Assembly (NCBI GenBank): GCA_963664225.1
Contig: OY760937.1
Location: forward strand, 1,216,001 to 1,280,000
Length of the DNA: 64,000 nt
From: Verrucomicrobiia bacterium
GTDB taxonomy: Bacteria > Verrucomicrobiota > Verrucomicrobiia > Limisphaerales > UBA1319
Reading direction: 5' to 3'
Both the position numbers and the translations under genes were made by a program. Shown here piece by piece: positions 32,632 through 42,691 of this stretch. Numbering within the stretch: the stretch's first letter is position 1; the number at the start of each line of letters is the position of its first letter. The notes beneath the pieces are model-generated. The model was given only the letters and a program-made list of their open reading frames with translations. It was not told the DNA's origin and did no database searches.

Positions 32632-32963
32632 TCACGCCCACTGCCGCCACACGTATCTTCGTTGCCCTGGCTCCGATGGACTTGCGCCAGTCCTTTAACG
32701 GGCTGTGTGCCTGGGTCCAGGAGTCCTTGCGTCAGGATCCTCTCTCGGGCCATCTTTTTTTGTTCACCAACAAACACCGGAACCGTCTCAAGGCCCTTTA
32801 CTGGGACGGCAGCGGACTTTGGGTCAGCACAAAACGTTTGGAGCGGGGTCGATTTACCTGGCCACAAGGGGAGGGATTGCAGGCAAACTTGCGCGCCGAG
32901 GAACTCAGCGCGTTAGTCAACGGATTGGAGATCCGCGCACGCAAAGACTGGCGGCGAAACTGA
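32628..32963 (+). CDS. tnpB: IS66 Orf2 accessory protein
   Basis: DLRQSFNGL and LYWDGSGLW..KRLERGRF. Confidence 0.92.
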   Translation: MITPTAATRIFVALAPMDLRQSFNGLCAWVQESLRQDPLSGHLFLFTNKHRNRLKALYWDGSGLWVSTKRLERGRFTWPQGEGLQANLRAEELSALVNGLEIRARKDWRRN

Positions 32964-33029
32964 AAGATTCTTAAAATAAATTGCGTATAACTATTGACAT
33001 AATAATTTATATTGTTATGAGTAATAACA

Positions 33030-34679
33030 ATGAATCCAGCACCGTCACTGACTCCCGAACTTCTGGCTCAGATGCCCGAGTCCTTCCGCGGTGTCGTCCT
33101 CCAGGCCGTTGGTCAGCTCGAAAGTCAGGTGCAGTCTCTGTCCAGCGAGAACAAGCTCCTGCGCCAGAAAATCGATGCCCTGATCCGCCAGTATTTTGGT
33201 TCACCCAAAAACGAGACCCTCGATCCCAACCAACTGCTTCTGCTCTTGAGCGGACTGGCAGGAACCTCCGCCCCGGTTGCGGCCACCCCGGTCCAATCCG
33301 CCCCGGCTTCCAAAGCCACGACAAATCGCAAACCGGCCCGTTCGGGGATTCCGGAGAATCTGCCCATTGAAAAGGTGGTGCTGCTGCCCGACGAGGTGAA
33401 AGCCAACCCGGACCAGTTCCGCCAGATTGACCAGCTGATCACACGGGAATTGGACTATGAGCCGGGCCGGTTTTTCTGGAGGGAAATTACGCGGCCAAAG
33501 TTTGTGCGTCGGACTGCGGCGGCCCCGGCCCCCGAAATTTCGCTCACGACACCGGAAGGCAAGCTGCCGCCGCTGGCGTTGGCCCTGGCAATGACCTCGT
33601 TGCCCGAGGTCAGGGAGGTTCTGATCGCGGAGCTGCCCAACCGGCTGATCGAAAAAGGACTGCCGGGAGTGGGCTTGCTGGTCCACTTGATTTTGAGCCG
33701 CTTTGAAGATCATCTGCCCTTTTACCGGCTGGAAAAGATCTTCCGGGAACGACACAGGGTGCCCATCGCCCGGCAGACAATGGTCGATTGGACCGAACGC
33801 CTGGCCGATTGGTTCCTGCCGGTCTATCGCGAGATGGCCGCTGGACTGCGCGCCGCCAAATATCTTCAAGCCGACGAGACCCCCATTCAATATCTGGACC
33901 GGGAAGTGCCCGGGCGCAGTTGCACGGGATACTTCTGGGTGTATGGCCAGCCAGGCGGAGATGTGATTTTCGAGTGGAAGACCAGCCGGGGCCGGGAAGG
34001 ACCCAAGGCGTTTCTGGAGACTTTCAAGGGCAAGCTCCAATGCGATGGCTATGGCGTCTATCAATCTTTGGCTAGGGAACGGGAGGATTGGACCCTGATC
34101 GGTTGCTGGGCCCATTGCCGGCGATATTTCCATAAGGCCAAGGATCATGACCGGCACGCGGCCTGGTTTTTGAAGCAAATCAGCCTGCTCTATGAGATTG
34201 AACGACGTCTGAGCCAGCAGAAGGCCGGGCCCAACCTGCGGGAAGCCGTGCGGGCTGCGGAGGCCAAGCCCGTGCTCGCGCGCATTGGAAGGGCGCTGGA
34301 GAAAATCGAGCCCAAGATTTTGCCCCAAAGCCTTCTGGGCAAGGCCATCCATTATGCCAGGGGTTTGTGGACAGAGTTGAATCAATATGCCCAGTTCGGG
34401 GAGGTGGCGATTGATAATAATCCGATCGAGAACATAATTCGGCCCACGGCCATTGGGAAAAAGAACTTCCTGTTCATTGGCCATCCCGAGGCGGGCTGGC
34501 GAAGCGCCGTGATCTACTCGATCCTGGGCAGTTGTCATCGCCATAAAATCAATCCGGCCCTCTATTTGCGTGATGTGCTCAGCCGCCTCCCCAACATGCA
34601 GCAAAGTGAGGTGCCAACCATTACCCCAAAAGCCTGGGCCAAGGCACATCCCGAAGCGCTCGCACAGTTGCCCAAGTAA
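33030..34679 (+). CDS. tnpC: IS66 DDE transposase
   Basis: HLPFYR, ADETP, LQCDGY, CWAHCRR and IDNN..E..IRP. Confidence 0.94.
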   Translation: MNPAPSLTPELLAQMPESFRGVVLQAVGQLESQVQSLSSENKLLRQKIDALIRQYFGSPKNETLDPNQLLLLLSGLAGTSAPVAATPVQSAPASKATTNRKPARSGIPENLPIEKVVLLPDEVKANPDQFRQIDQLITRELDYEPGRFFWREITRPKFVRRTAAAPAPEISLTTPEGKLPPLALALAMTSLPEVREVLIAELPNRLIEKGLPGVGLLVHLILSRFEDHLPFYRLEKIFRERHRVPIARQTMVDWTERLADWFLPVYREMAAGLRAAKYLQADETPIQYLDREVPGRSCTGYFWVYGQPGGDVIFEWKTSRGREGPKAFLETFKGKLQCDGYGVYQSLAREREDWTLIGCWAHCRRYFHKAKDHDRHAAWFLKQISLLYEIERRLSQQKAGPNLREAVRAAEAKPVLARIGRALEKIEPKILPQSLLGKAIHYARGLWTELNQYAQFGEVAIDNNPIENIIRPTAIGKKNFLFIGHPEAGWRSAVIYSILGSCHRHKINPALYLRDVLSRLPNMQQSEVPTITPKAWAKAHPEALAQLPK

Positions 34680-35001
34680 CCGATGCCTTGTTGCGGGTGA
34701 CTTCTGAAAGTTGCCATATTCGCCTTTCACGCCGCCAATCTAATCAGGCCAGCCCCACATTGCCTATTGCCACTTCGCCTGACGGATACGATTCAACCAG
34801 GACTACTCACATGCCCTTTTGAAGGTCGATTTCTCTTGCCGAAGAATTCTGTCATGCACCCTTTTTCCGCCATCCCCGATTTCGGGGATACTCAGGCTTT
34901 TTAAAATATGGTAGTTTCCCCATCTGATACTCCAATCGGAGGAAAACAGGCTTTTCCAAAGCATTAGACAGACCAACTGTAAACCCAAGGAAACGCAAAA
35001 A

Positions 35002-37701
35002 ATGAGGACACTACTAACCGCATGCCTGGTTGCAGCCCCATTGATAGCAGCCACGGTGAATGCTCAGACGACCACCGTCTGGAACCCGGCCGCCAATCCC
35101 ACCACTACCGGTCTTTGGAGCGAAAGCGCCAATTGGACCGGCGGCGTCGTTCCAGATTATTCTTACAAGGTCGTGTTCAACGTTGCCGGAGCCAGTCCCT
35201 GCACCGTCAAAAGCGTCGCCACACCCGGTCAGTTGGTCATGGGAGATGGCGGTCCCGGAACCGTGATTATCGGCACTGGCGGCACTCTGACCACCGGGAC
35301 GAATTGGACCGGCCTGGGCTACAACAACGTGGCCGGCATCGAGGTCAGGTCCGGCGGCGCCGCCATTTTTAACGACCACCTGTGGGTTGGTTTTCTGCCC
35401 GGCGCGGATGGCACCCTTACCCTGAACGGCGGCACCGTCAATGTCTCTGGAATGTTCGGCTTGGGCTGGAACGGGGGCAAGGGATCGGCCTTTATCTACA
35501 ACGGCACCCTGAACCTTGCTCAATGGCATCCAACCGATTCGATTAAAAGTAATTCGATCATGGACATCACCGCCGGCAAGGTGGTGATCACCGGTAACGT
35601 GCTGGAATCCGTCAGTAACTATGTGGCGGTTGGAAAAATCATCTCCTACGCGGGGGCGGGGACTGTGGCATCCGCTTTTGATGAAGCCGCAGGCAAGACC
35701 ACTTTGACCGGCATTCGCCCCATCGGCGTCGGCCCGTTTGCCCCCACCAATTGGCCGACGAGCATCAAACCCGACAAAAAGGTCCATTTTTTCGCGGCGG
35801 ATGAATCCTTCGGCGCGCCGAATGAGAACTGGAATAACTCACTGGGACTGTTGAACGACGGAGATCAGACGACCATTGACGGAATGATTAAAGGCTTTGT
35901 AAGCAAGAAGGCTGCTTCTAGTTTTTTCAATATCACCGACTCCGCATACCAGGAATGGAACGCCTATGATCGCATTGATATTCTCATGCAGGTTTATGGC
36001 GATATTTCCGTGCTCAAACCCGGCAATCTGACTCTGCCGCGCCATATCCAATTCCTGACCGGCACCGTGCCTACTGAATTGGCTGTGGATGGGGGAGATT
36101 ATTCGATCGCCGCTTACAATCAGCGCTGGAACTGGATTGCCTTCTCCATTACCAACACTCTCATCGACGGCGGCCCCAACCACAAGGTGGGTTTCGTGCC
36201 AGATGGCGCGCAAGGGAACACCACTTATGGCGGTGTCAATGGAGGCACCATCCGGCTCCAGGGTCCCGATAATGGGGTCAATGGCATGTCGGTTCACGCG
36301 ATTGCCTTTGGCGAACCTGGCGCGTTTGGCGCCATCGCGGATATCAACCAGTTCGATGTTCCCGACGTATCCTGCGGTCCGGTACCTGATGAAAATCTGG
36401 TCGGCATCGACATTGCCGCCAGCGTTACCAATCACCTGGTGGTGCTGAATGACCAGGACCAGACCGTGACAGCGGTCACGGACGTGGGTCCCACAGGGGA
36501 CAAGCGTAATGCCGTCCTTCCGCAAGGCACTCTGTTGAATTTTGGAATCACCGATGAATTCCTGGGCAAGCCCTGCCATGACAACGCAACTTTCAAAGTC
36601 TGCCTTGATTTCTATGACGATCCCGCCTTTGCGGGAATGGGCGTCCAGTTTGGACCCGAGGCCTATGCCATCGATGCCTCTGGCGCGGTCGCGGTTTTCC
36701 CGGCGGGTCAGCTTCAAACCCTGGAGGGCTCCGGCAAATGGATTCGCCGTTCGTGGCTGATTCCAGGCGTCAACTTAAAGGGCGTCAACACGGGCTCGCT
36801 CACCGGCGGTCCGCGCTTTATTTGCGTCAATGGCCAGGTGGCGGTTTCGCGTTGCGAAATGGCCATTTTACGGACCGGCGATCATCCCCTGGCGGGGCAG
36901 GATCCGTTGGCGGATTGCTATTCCGATCCGCTGGTTTGCAGCGACGTTTACGGCAACTTTGCGGAACTCGATCTCGCCCGCGGCATCACGGATGGTCTGG
37001 ACGTGGGCACCAGCGGCGGTGACCAGTTCATGGTGACTGAGGAAGCCGGTCCGGTGGGCGATCGCCGCATGGCCGTCCGTCCCTCCTATGGAGACATCGG
37101 CACCGGCCAATTCCTGAACTTTGCCATTCTGACCAATGCCTTCGGACCTTCCACGCAACCCAATGCCCGTCTGGCAATGGCCGTCACTTATTATGACGAT
37201 CCCGCGCTCGTCGGGAAGGGATTCCGGCCCCAGGTATGGAAAATGGATTCCTCCGGCACTGAAGTCTTCAATTATCTTCAGCCAAAGGATAACATCGTGC
37301 TTCAGGGCACCGATAAATGGCGCGTTGCCTATTGGGAACTCCCGGCCATCAAATTCACCGGCGTCAACCAGGGACCCCAGGCCGCAGCCCGCTTCGATCT
37401 TGAAGGAAAGATCTTTGTCACCCGCGTTCGTTACGCGGTGATTCGCGCCTGCGGCCCCAACATGGGAAGAAACCTCCTCGAGAGCGAAAAGCCTTCCATG
37501 ACCATCGCCAGGGATATCGATGGGCAATTAAAGATGACCTGGCTCTACAAGGCCCCGCAGAACCAGATTCAAGGCATAAACACCTTTGGCGAGCTCTGGG
37601 CGCCATTGCAGGCCACCAACACCATTGAGAACAGCGAATGGAACGCTGTTCTGATCGCCCCCGAAAAAACCACCCGTTTCTTCAGGTTGGTGATGCCGTA
37701 A
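35002..37701 (+). CDS. Large secreted modular protein of unknown function
   Basis: Signal peptide (…VNA-QT), Gly-rich beta-repeat N-region, three internal repeats and C-terminal RFFRL module. Confidence 0.75.
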   Translation: MRTLLTACLVAAPLIAATVNAQTTTVWNPAANPTTTGLWSESANWTGGVVPDYSYKVVFNVAGASPCTVKSVATPGQLVMGDGGPGTVIIGTGGTLTTGTNWTGLGYNNVAGIEVRSGGAAIFNDHLWVGFLPGADGTLTLNGGTVNVSGMFGLGWNGGKGSAFIYNGTLNLAQWHPTDSIKSNSIMDITAGKVVITGNVLESVSNYVAVGKIISYAGAGTVASAFDEAAGKTTLTGIRPIGVGPFAPTNWPTSIKPDKKVHFFAADESFGAPNENWNNSLGLLNDGDQTTIDGMIKGFVSKKAASSFFNITDSAYQEWNAYDRIDILMQVYGDISVLKPGNLTLPRHIQFLTGTVPTELAVDGGDYSIAAYNQRWNWIAFSITNTLIDGGPNHKVGFVPDGAQGNTTYGGVNGGTIRLQGPDNGVNGMSVHAIAFGEPGAFGAIADINQFDVPDVSCGPVPDENLVGIDIAASVTNHLVVLNDQDQTVTAVTDVGPTGDKRNAVLPQGTLLNFGITDEFLGKPCHDNATFKVCLDFYDDPAFAGMGVQFGPEAYAIDASGAVAVFPAGQLQTLEGSGKWIRRSWLIPGVNLKGVNTGSLTGGPRFICVNGQVAVSRCEMAILRTGDHPLAGQDPLADCYSDPLVCSDVYGNFAELDLARGITDGLDVGTSGGDQFMVTEEAGPVGDRRMAVRPSYGDIGTGQFLNFAILTNAFGPSTQPNARLAMAVTYYDDPALVGKGFRPQVWKMDSSGTEVFNYLQPKDNIVLQGTDKWRVAYWELPAIKFTGVNQGPQAAARFDLEGKIFVTRVRYAVIRACGPNMGRNLLESEKPSMTIARDIDGQLKMTWLYKAPQNQIQGINTFGELWAPLQATNTIENSEWNAVLIAPEKTTRFFRLVMP

Positions 37702-37726
37702 TGCAGGGTTGTCAATTCCTGCCCGT

Positions 37727-37764
37727 AAAAGCCCGTCCGGTCCAAAAAACCGGCCGGGCTTTTT
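37727..37764. terminator. Bidirectional-type intrinsic terminator
   Basis: AAAAGCCCGTCCGGT...ACCGGCCGGGCTTTTT between convergent genes. Confidence 0.65.
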
Positions 37765-37824
37765 GGCCGGTCACCGGACGCCTCGTGAGGACGCTTGGCA
37801 TACAACATTTTCAGGTGTACCACC

Positions 37825-37887
37825 CCCTGTAGGCCGGGTCCCCTGACCCGGCGTCCCTGTAGGCCGGAGCCCCCACCGGGCGTCCCT
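37825..37887. repeat. Tandem GTAG-type REP-like repeats (2 copies, ~30 bp)
   Basis: CCCTGTAGGCCGGGTCCCCTGACCCGGCGT / CCCTGTAGGCCGGAGCCCCCACCGGGCGT. Confidence 0.6.
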
Positions 37888-37917
37888 TGGTATGGCATCC
37901 TTCGGCTTGGGTTTTGT

Positions 37918-39759
37918 TCATTTCTGCCCATGCTTCGTGACCAGCCATCGCATCGCAGCCTCTTCGCCAAAGCTCTGTATGCGGTCGATGTAGCTGATCC
38001 AATCCTGGTCTGGCATCGTTTGCAGCAAGGGCTCGCTCTGTTGAACGAGCGCATTGAACATCTCTTTTTGTTGGGCGATTTGGTTGAGCCGGTCTTGAAC
38101 AGTCTGCCCGCCGTCGCCATAGGGGCTGTTTGGATTCATTGCGCTCAAGGCATTGCGTTCGATGGCCAGGCCCACCAGATGGCTGATGGCGCCATCCCCC
38201 GCTGATCCCGCGCCGTAGCTTTGCCCCAGGCTTGCCGCGATTTGCAGAACCGCCTGCGCGGATGCCTGGTCGCCGACCTGTCGATAGGTGCTGGATAGGT
38301 CCACCATTTGCTGGCCAAGTTGCTTTAATTCCAGGAGTTGCGGCAGCTCCACCTGGGAACCGATCAATTTGGACGCCGCCGCGGAGTAACCGGCCGCAAG
38401 GTAGGCCTCTGCGTCATTCTGCGCGCGCTCGAGCGTGTAATCCTGGAACTGACGCTTTCCGGAGGCGGCCATCAATTCCTGCACAGCTTGATCCGTCTGG
38501 CCCGCCTTGAGGTAATCGCGCGCCGAGAGGTAATTCGCCAGCGCGTTGTCCGGAGCCGTCTGTTCGAAGTTGTTCAGCCATTGGCGTCGTTGCTCGGGTG
38601 TCAGGTCCCCCTTTAGAATCGCCTCAAAGGCCACCTTCGGGTCGCTGGGAAAGTTCTGCATGGCTTCCTTGAGCAATGCCGCGTTCCCGCTGGTGCGATA
38701 CGCCGCCAGCAGACTCGCGGCCTTGCGCCCGTTTGCCTTGAGATAAACCTCGACCTGTTCGGCGGTCAGCTTCGGTGGTTCATTGCCGAATCGGGTATAT
38801 AAATTGGTGGCTTGCGATTCCCCCATTGGGGAGGGCGTTTTCGTGGCAATCTGCATGGGCGGAACGGCCGGACGAGGCTCCCGGGCCTTCTTCGTTTGGG
38901 CGAACTGGTCAGAGAGGCCCGCGTTTTCGGACTGCAGTTGCGCGTTCTGCTGCTGCAACGCCTGGTTTTCCTCGCGAAGCCTCTCTTGCGTATGGTGCTG
39001 GATCACGAGCGTCGTCGTCGCCCCGGCAATCAGCAGGGCCGTGAATGTGAGTTGGAGTTTTGTCATGGCCAGTTTTTTTAGGAGTGTGAGTGTTGTTCCA
39101 GTTCCCACCGCCACCGCCGCAGTCGAGGTTGTCAGGAGCGTCGCCGCCAGGCCGGCCGGGGCCGCGGTGACGGCCTTGACGCTCAGTGTGGAGGCCAGCG
39201 CTGCCGCAGTGGAGGTAACGCCCTTGCGGGCCAGTTGCAGGCGCAGCTTGTCCAGCGCCCGGTCCACCCTCATGCGCGCGGCGTTGTCGCTCAGCCCCAG
39301 GGCCAGCCCCACCTCGTTCAGACTCTTGTTTTTGAAGAAGCGAAGCAGAACGGCATGGCGATCCGTGGCGCCGAGCTCATGCATGGCCTCTTCCAGCACG
39401 GGAAACAAATCATCGCCATTCGATTCTGAATCCGGTTCGCGCAGAAGTTCGATCATGGTATGGGCCTCCTGTTCGCGTGCCTGCCTTCGCTGTTCCGTGC
39501 GCCTCACCCGCAATGCCACCCAGCGGGTGGTGGTGTAGAGCCATCCCACAAGCGCGGGATGATTTCTAAGTCGGTTCGCCTGCCGCGCCAATTCCGAAAA
39601 AACCAGTTGGGTGACATCCTGCGCCCGGTGAAAGTCGCCGCCGGTCAAACGCAAGGCCGCGGAATAAACCAAATCCATGTGCCGTCGAATCAGCTCGGCA
39701 AAGTCCGCTTCTGAATGGTCGGCGGCATATCGGCTTAGCAATTCAGTATCTTCGCGCAT
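37918..39759 (-). CDS. ECF sigma factor with long C-terminal extension
   Basis: Sigma region 2 (AQDVTQLVF, GWLY) and region 4 (VLLRFF..SL.EVG.ALG...AARMRV.RAL), then a hydrophobic segment, coiled coil and helical domain. Confidence 0.85.
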   Translation of the reverse strand: MREDTELLSRYAADHSEADFAELIRRHMDLVYSAALRLTGGDFHRAQDVTQLVFSELARQANRLRNHPALVGWLYTTTRWVALRVRRTEQRRQAREQEAHTMIELLREPDSESNGDDLFPVLEEAMHELGATDRHAVLLRFFKNKSLNEVGLALGLSDNAARMRVDRALDKLRLQLARKGVTSTAAALASTLSVKAVTAAPAGLAATLLTTSTAAVAVGTGTTLTLLKKLAMTKLQLTFTALLIAGATTTLVIQHHTQERLREENQALQQQNAQLQSENAGLSDQFAQTKKAREPRPAVPPMQIATKTPSPMGESQATNLYTRFGNEPPKLTAEQVEVYLKANGRKAASLLAAYRTSGNAALLKEAMQNFPSDPKVAFEAILKGDLTPEQRRQWLNNFEQTAPDNALANYLSARDYLKAGQTDQAVQELMAASGKRQFQDYTLERAQNDAEAYLAAGYSAAASKLIGSQVELPQLLELKQLGQQMVDLSSTYRQVGDQASAQAVLQIAASLGQSYGAGSAGDGAISHLVGLAIERNALSAMNPNSPYGDGGQTVQDRLNQIAQQKEMFNALVQQSEPLLQTMPDQDWISYIDRIQSFGEEAAMRWLVTKHGQK

Positions 39760-40146
39760 GACGTTTCATAAAGTAATGCCCGCCCATGGGCAAAACGCAC
39801 AAGAATCTTTTCCCATGAATGAAATCCATTTGACAAGAGGTCTTTTGAGGCGCAAAAAGATCACGGCGTCAACGGTTTGCCTGACACGGATTCACCTTGG
39901 GCCACTATGAAAATATAACAGAAATGTTCAATGCGAAATGGAAAACGAATTCAAAATAATATGTCGATACGATATGCAATAATAAAAAGTGACAATCTAT
40001 ATGACTTTGAAAACACGTGTCGTTTGAAACATGCACAAAACAGGAGGTTTATAGAATAACGTTATGAAAACTTTATTAACAAACCGATATGCGAGTTGAA
40101 CCTAACGCTCAAAGGATAGCGCATATTTGTGAATTGACATCAATGT

Positions 40147-41175
40147 ATGAAATCCATTGTATTTTTTAATAACAAAGGTGGTGTGGGTAAAACTACGCTT
40201 ATTTGCAATGTCGCAGCAAACTTCGCAACGCGATTTAAAAAGAAGGTCCTCTTAATTGATTGTGACCCACAGTGCAATTCAACTCAATTAGTGCTCAACG
40301 ACGAGATATGCGCAGAACTCTACTGGAACAAAACGCCAAGCTTGCGCCACACATTATTAGATGTTCTGAAACCAATTGAAGTTGGAGACGCGGGCATTGA
40401 CCCCAACTTCACAGCGGTTTCTGCATCCGACAATCGATTCAATATCGACATTCTTCCAGGCCACCCTCGACTTTCATTAGTGGAAGATCGATTAGGTCAA
40501 GCGTGGAGTGAAGCCACTGGCGGCCAAATTGGCGGGTTGCGGAAAACAAATTGGGGAACTAGCCTTGGCAAATCATTACAAGGAAAATACGATGTTGTAT
40601 TCTTCGATGTTGGACCAAGCCTTGGCTCTTTAAACCGATCAGTTTTATTGGGGGCGGATTATTTCATCTCCCCGATGGGATGTGACATATTCAGTATTGT
40701 TGGCATTAGAAATATTGCAGAGTGGCTCAAACAATGGATATTATTGTATGAATCCGGAATCAACCTATGCAAGACTCAACATCCGGGTATGATTGATAGC
40801 TTTCCAATTGCAGTTGATGTAAAGATTTGTCATGGTTTCGCAGGTTACACTGTTCAGCAATACATTACCAAATCAAAGCTGGGTGTAAGGCGGCCAACAC
40901 TAGCCTTCGAGAAAATATTGGAAGATATACCAACAGAGATGGCAAGCAGTCTGCTGGGATTTGCAGCGACGGGTGTTGACACCGCCAAAGCGAAACTCGG
41001 TGATGTTCCAAATATGTTCAGTCTAATACCACTAGCTCAAACGGCAAAAGCCCCAATTCTAGACTTAAATTCATTAGACGGTCTTGTTGGAAGTCAATAC
41101 GTCCAGGCAAAGTCTTATGCAGTGTTCGTAGAATTGGTAAGCGAATCTTTACAGTCTAATATTGGAATTCTCTAA
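40147..41175 (+). CDS. ParA/MinD-family ATPase (orphan, AT-rich)
   Basis: Deviant Walker A KGGVGKTT, IDCDPQCN and Walker B FFDVGPS. Confidence 0.88.
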   Translation: MKSIVFFNNKGGVGKTTLICNVAANFATRFKKKVLLIDCDPQCNSTQLVLNDEICAELYWNKTPSLRHTLLDVLKPIEVGDAGIDPNFTAVSASDNRFNIDILPGHPRLSLVEDRLGQAWSEATGGQIGGLRKTNWGTSLGKSLQGKYDVVFFDVGPSLGSLNRSVLLGADYFISPMGCDIFSIVGIRNIAEWLKQWILLYESGINLCKTQHPGMIDSFPIAVDVKICHGFAGYTVQQYITKSKLGVRRPTLAFEKILEDIPTEMASSLLGFAATGVDTAKAKLGDVPNMFSLIPLAQTAKAPILDLNSLDGLVGSQYVQAKSYAVFVELVSESLQSNIGIL

Positions 41176-41187
41176 TTTAGCGCGCAT

Positions 41188-42054
41188 ATGATAACATGGC
41201 CTGATTCACTAGTAGCTGAACTTGCGGAGCGAAGATGCGTTATTTTTCTTGGAGCGGGTGCTTCTGCCGGATGCAAAGCCCGATCTGCTACAAATGTTTA
41301 TCCACCGCCACCCACATGGCAACAATTACTCCTTGACGCCGCGGAAAAGATTCAGGATTTATCTGACAAGAGCGAAGCGATTAGGTTGGTCAATAGCGGG
41401 CATTATTTGGATGCAGCCCAAGTTGCTTGGGACAACATTAATGAGCCCGAAATCCGAGCTTTTTTATGGGATAAATTTAAGACTCCCAATTATGAGCCTT
41501 CAGACATTCATAAGGTAGTTCTTGATCTCGACCCTAAAGTTGTAATTACTACCAATATAGATGACATATACGAATCCTACTGCAAAAATGCTGGGTCTGA
41601 CCAAGGTTATAATCACTGTAATTATTATGACGGCCATGCGCTGAATGATGTTCGTTCAACGCTACGCGTTATTCTTAAAGCGCACGGGTGCATTACAGCA
41701 GTCAATCAAGTGATTATGACACGACGACAATATTATGAAGCGAGATTAAAGTATTCTCAATTTTATTGTTTGCTCGACGCCTTATTTCTAACAAACACGA
41801 TCCTCTTCATTGGGTGTGGATTAAATGATCCAGATATTCAAATGATTTTGGAAAACTCCAATATCGCCGTTCCAAGCGGCCACCCTCACTACTCGATAGT
41901 GGAGGAGGGACGTCATCATTCTTTGATAGAGTCAATTAAAAAAACATATAACATTCAACTGCTTGAATATCAAAATGGAGAACACGGTCAAGCTGTCACA
42001 GCTCTTCAAGATCTCTCAAAACGTGTCGAGGCGTATCGTGCTACCACCTATTGA
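41188..42054 (+). CDS. SIR2-like (SIR2_2) protein, putative NADase
   Basis: FLGAGAS, TTNID, KAHG and LFIGCGLNDPDI; 12 nt after the ParA gene. Confidence 0.88.
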   Translation: MITWPDSLVAELAERRCVIFLGAGASAGCKARSATNVYPPPPTWQQLLLDAAEKIQDLSDKSEAIRLVNSGHYLDAAQVAWDNINEPEIRAFLWDKFKTPNYEPSDIHKVVLDLDPKVVITTNIDDIYESYCKNAGSDQGYNHCNYYDGHALNDVRSTLRVILKAHGCITAVNQVIMTRRQYYEARLKYSQFYCLLDALFLTNTILFIGCGLNDPDIQMILENSNIAVPSGHPHYSIVEEGRHHSLIESIKKTYNIQLLEYQNGEHGQAVTALQDLSKRVEAYRATTY

Positions 42055-42691
42055 TATTCCTTTGTGCCTAATCGTGCTCAATTCGAAGACCGATTCGGCC
42101 TGAATATATTCGGCCTTGGTTGCATCGTGTTCCTGATGCGCAAGCTTCCCTTTCTGCATTATAACGAAACAGCTTTAAAAGCATGAAGCAACTTGGCACG
42201 AACATCTCCAATTCGCAAATCTGCGCCGCAGGACTTCTGATGGTTTCGGCAGTTCAGTTGTCCGCCTCAGTAAAGGTCTAAAGGTCTAAAGGGGTAAGGG
42301 GTCATAAAGGACTCACCCATTAGTCCAGGGCTCACCACAACAAAACGTTGCTGCTCCGATTATTTATTTTTCGGTTTTTTTCTGTGGTGACCCGGGTACG
42401 CGTCTGCAGGTCCTGACCCAGTCCTGCGTTTTCGTCATTAATAATTCCGACCCACCCCCGCCACGGTCGCGGTCAACCCAATCACCCCGTGGTCAACCGG
42501 TTGAACGCAAGAAGGCACTCCTTGCGGAGGGATTGTTTGAAGCGGTTATGGCCCGGGGGGCTTTCTCCTGGCCCTGACGAATTTTGTCTTACGCCCAAAC
42601 GGAAACAGCCGCCCAGGCGTTTTTGAAGCTTGTATTCGTGGTGTATATGGGGACACCATCCTTCTTCCAGATTGAATCCAGATTGTGTCAA

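Larger units (their letters stand above)
32233..34789 (+). mobile_element. IS66-family insertion sequence, 2557 bp
   Basis: 32-bp terminal inverted repeats GTATCCGTCAGGCGAAGTGGC(T/A)ATAGGCAATG; 8-bp TSD GATTCAAC at 32225-32232 and 34790-34797; contains tnpA-tnpB-tnpC. Confidence 0.96.

Noticed and set aside
37825..37887. Possible CRISPR array
   Set aside because: Only two adjacent imperfect copies, no spacers and no cas genes; no CRISPR array was seen anywhere in the window
40147..41175. Chromosome or plasmid partition locus
   Set aside because: No parB, parS or rep gene nearby; the partner is a SIR2 protein
42270..42310. TAAAGGTC/TAAGGGG short tandem repeats
   Set aside because: Short low-complexity run with no supportable function
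42328..42393. Inverted repeat GGGCTCACCACA...TGTGGTGACCC downstream of SIR2, as a possible ncRNA or riboswitch
   Set aside because: No recognisable riboswitch or retron consensus and no RT nearby; a single imperfect stem is insufficient
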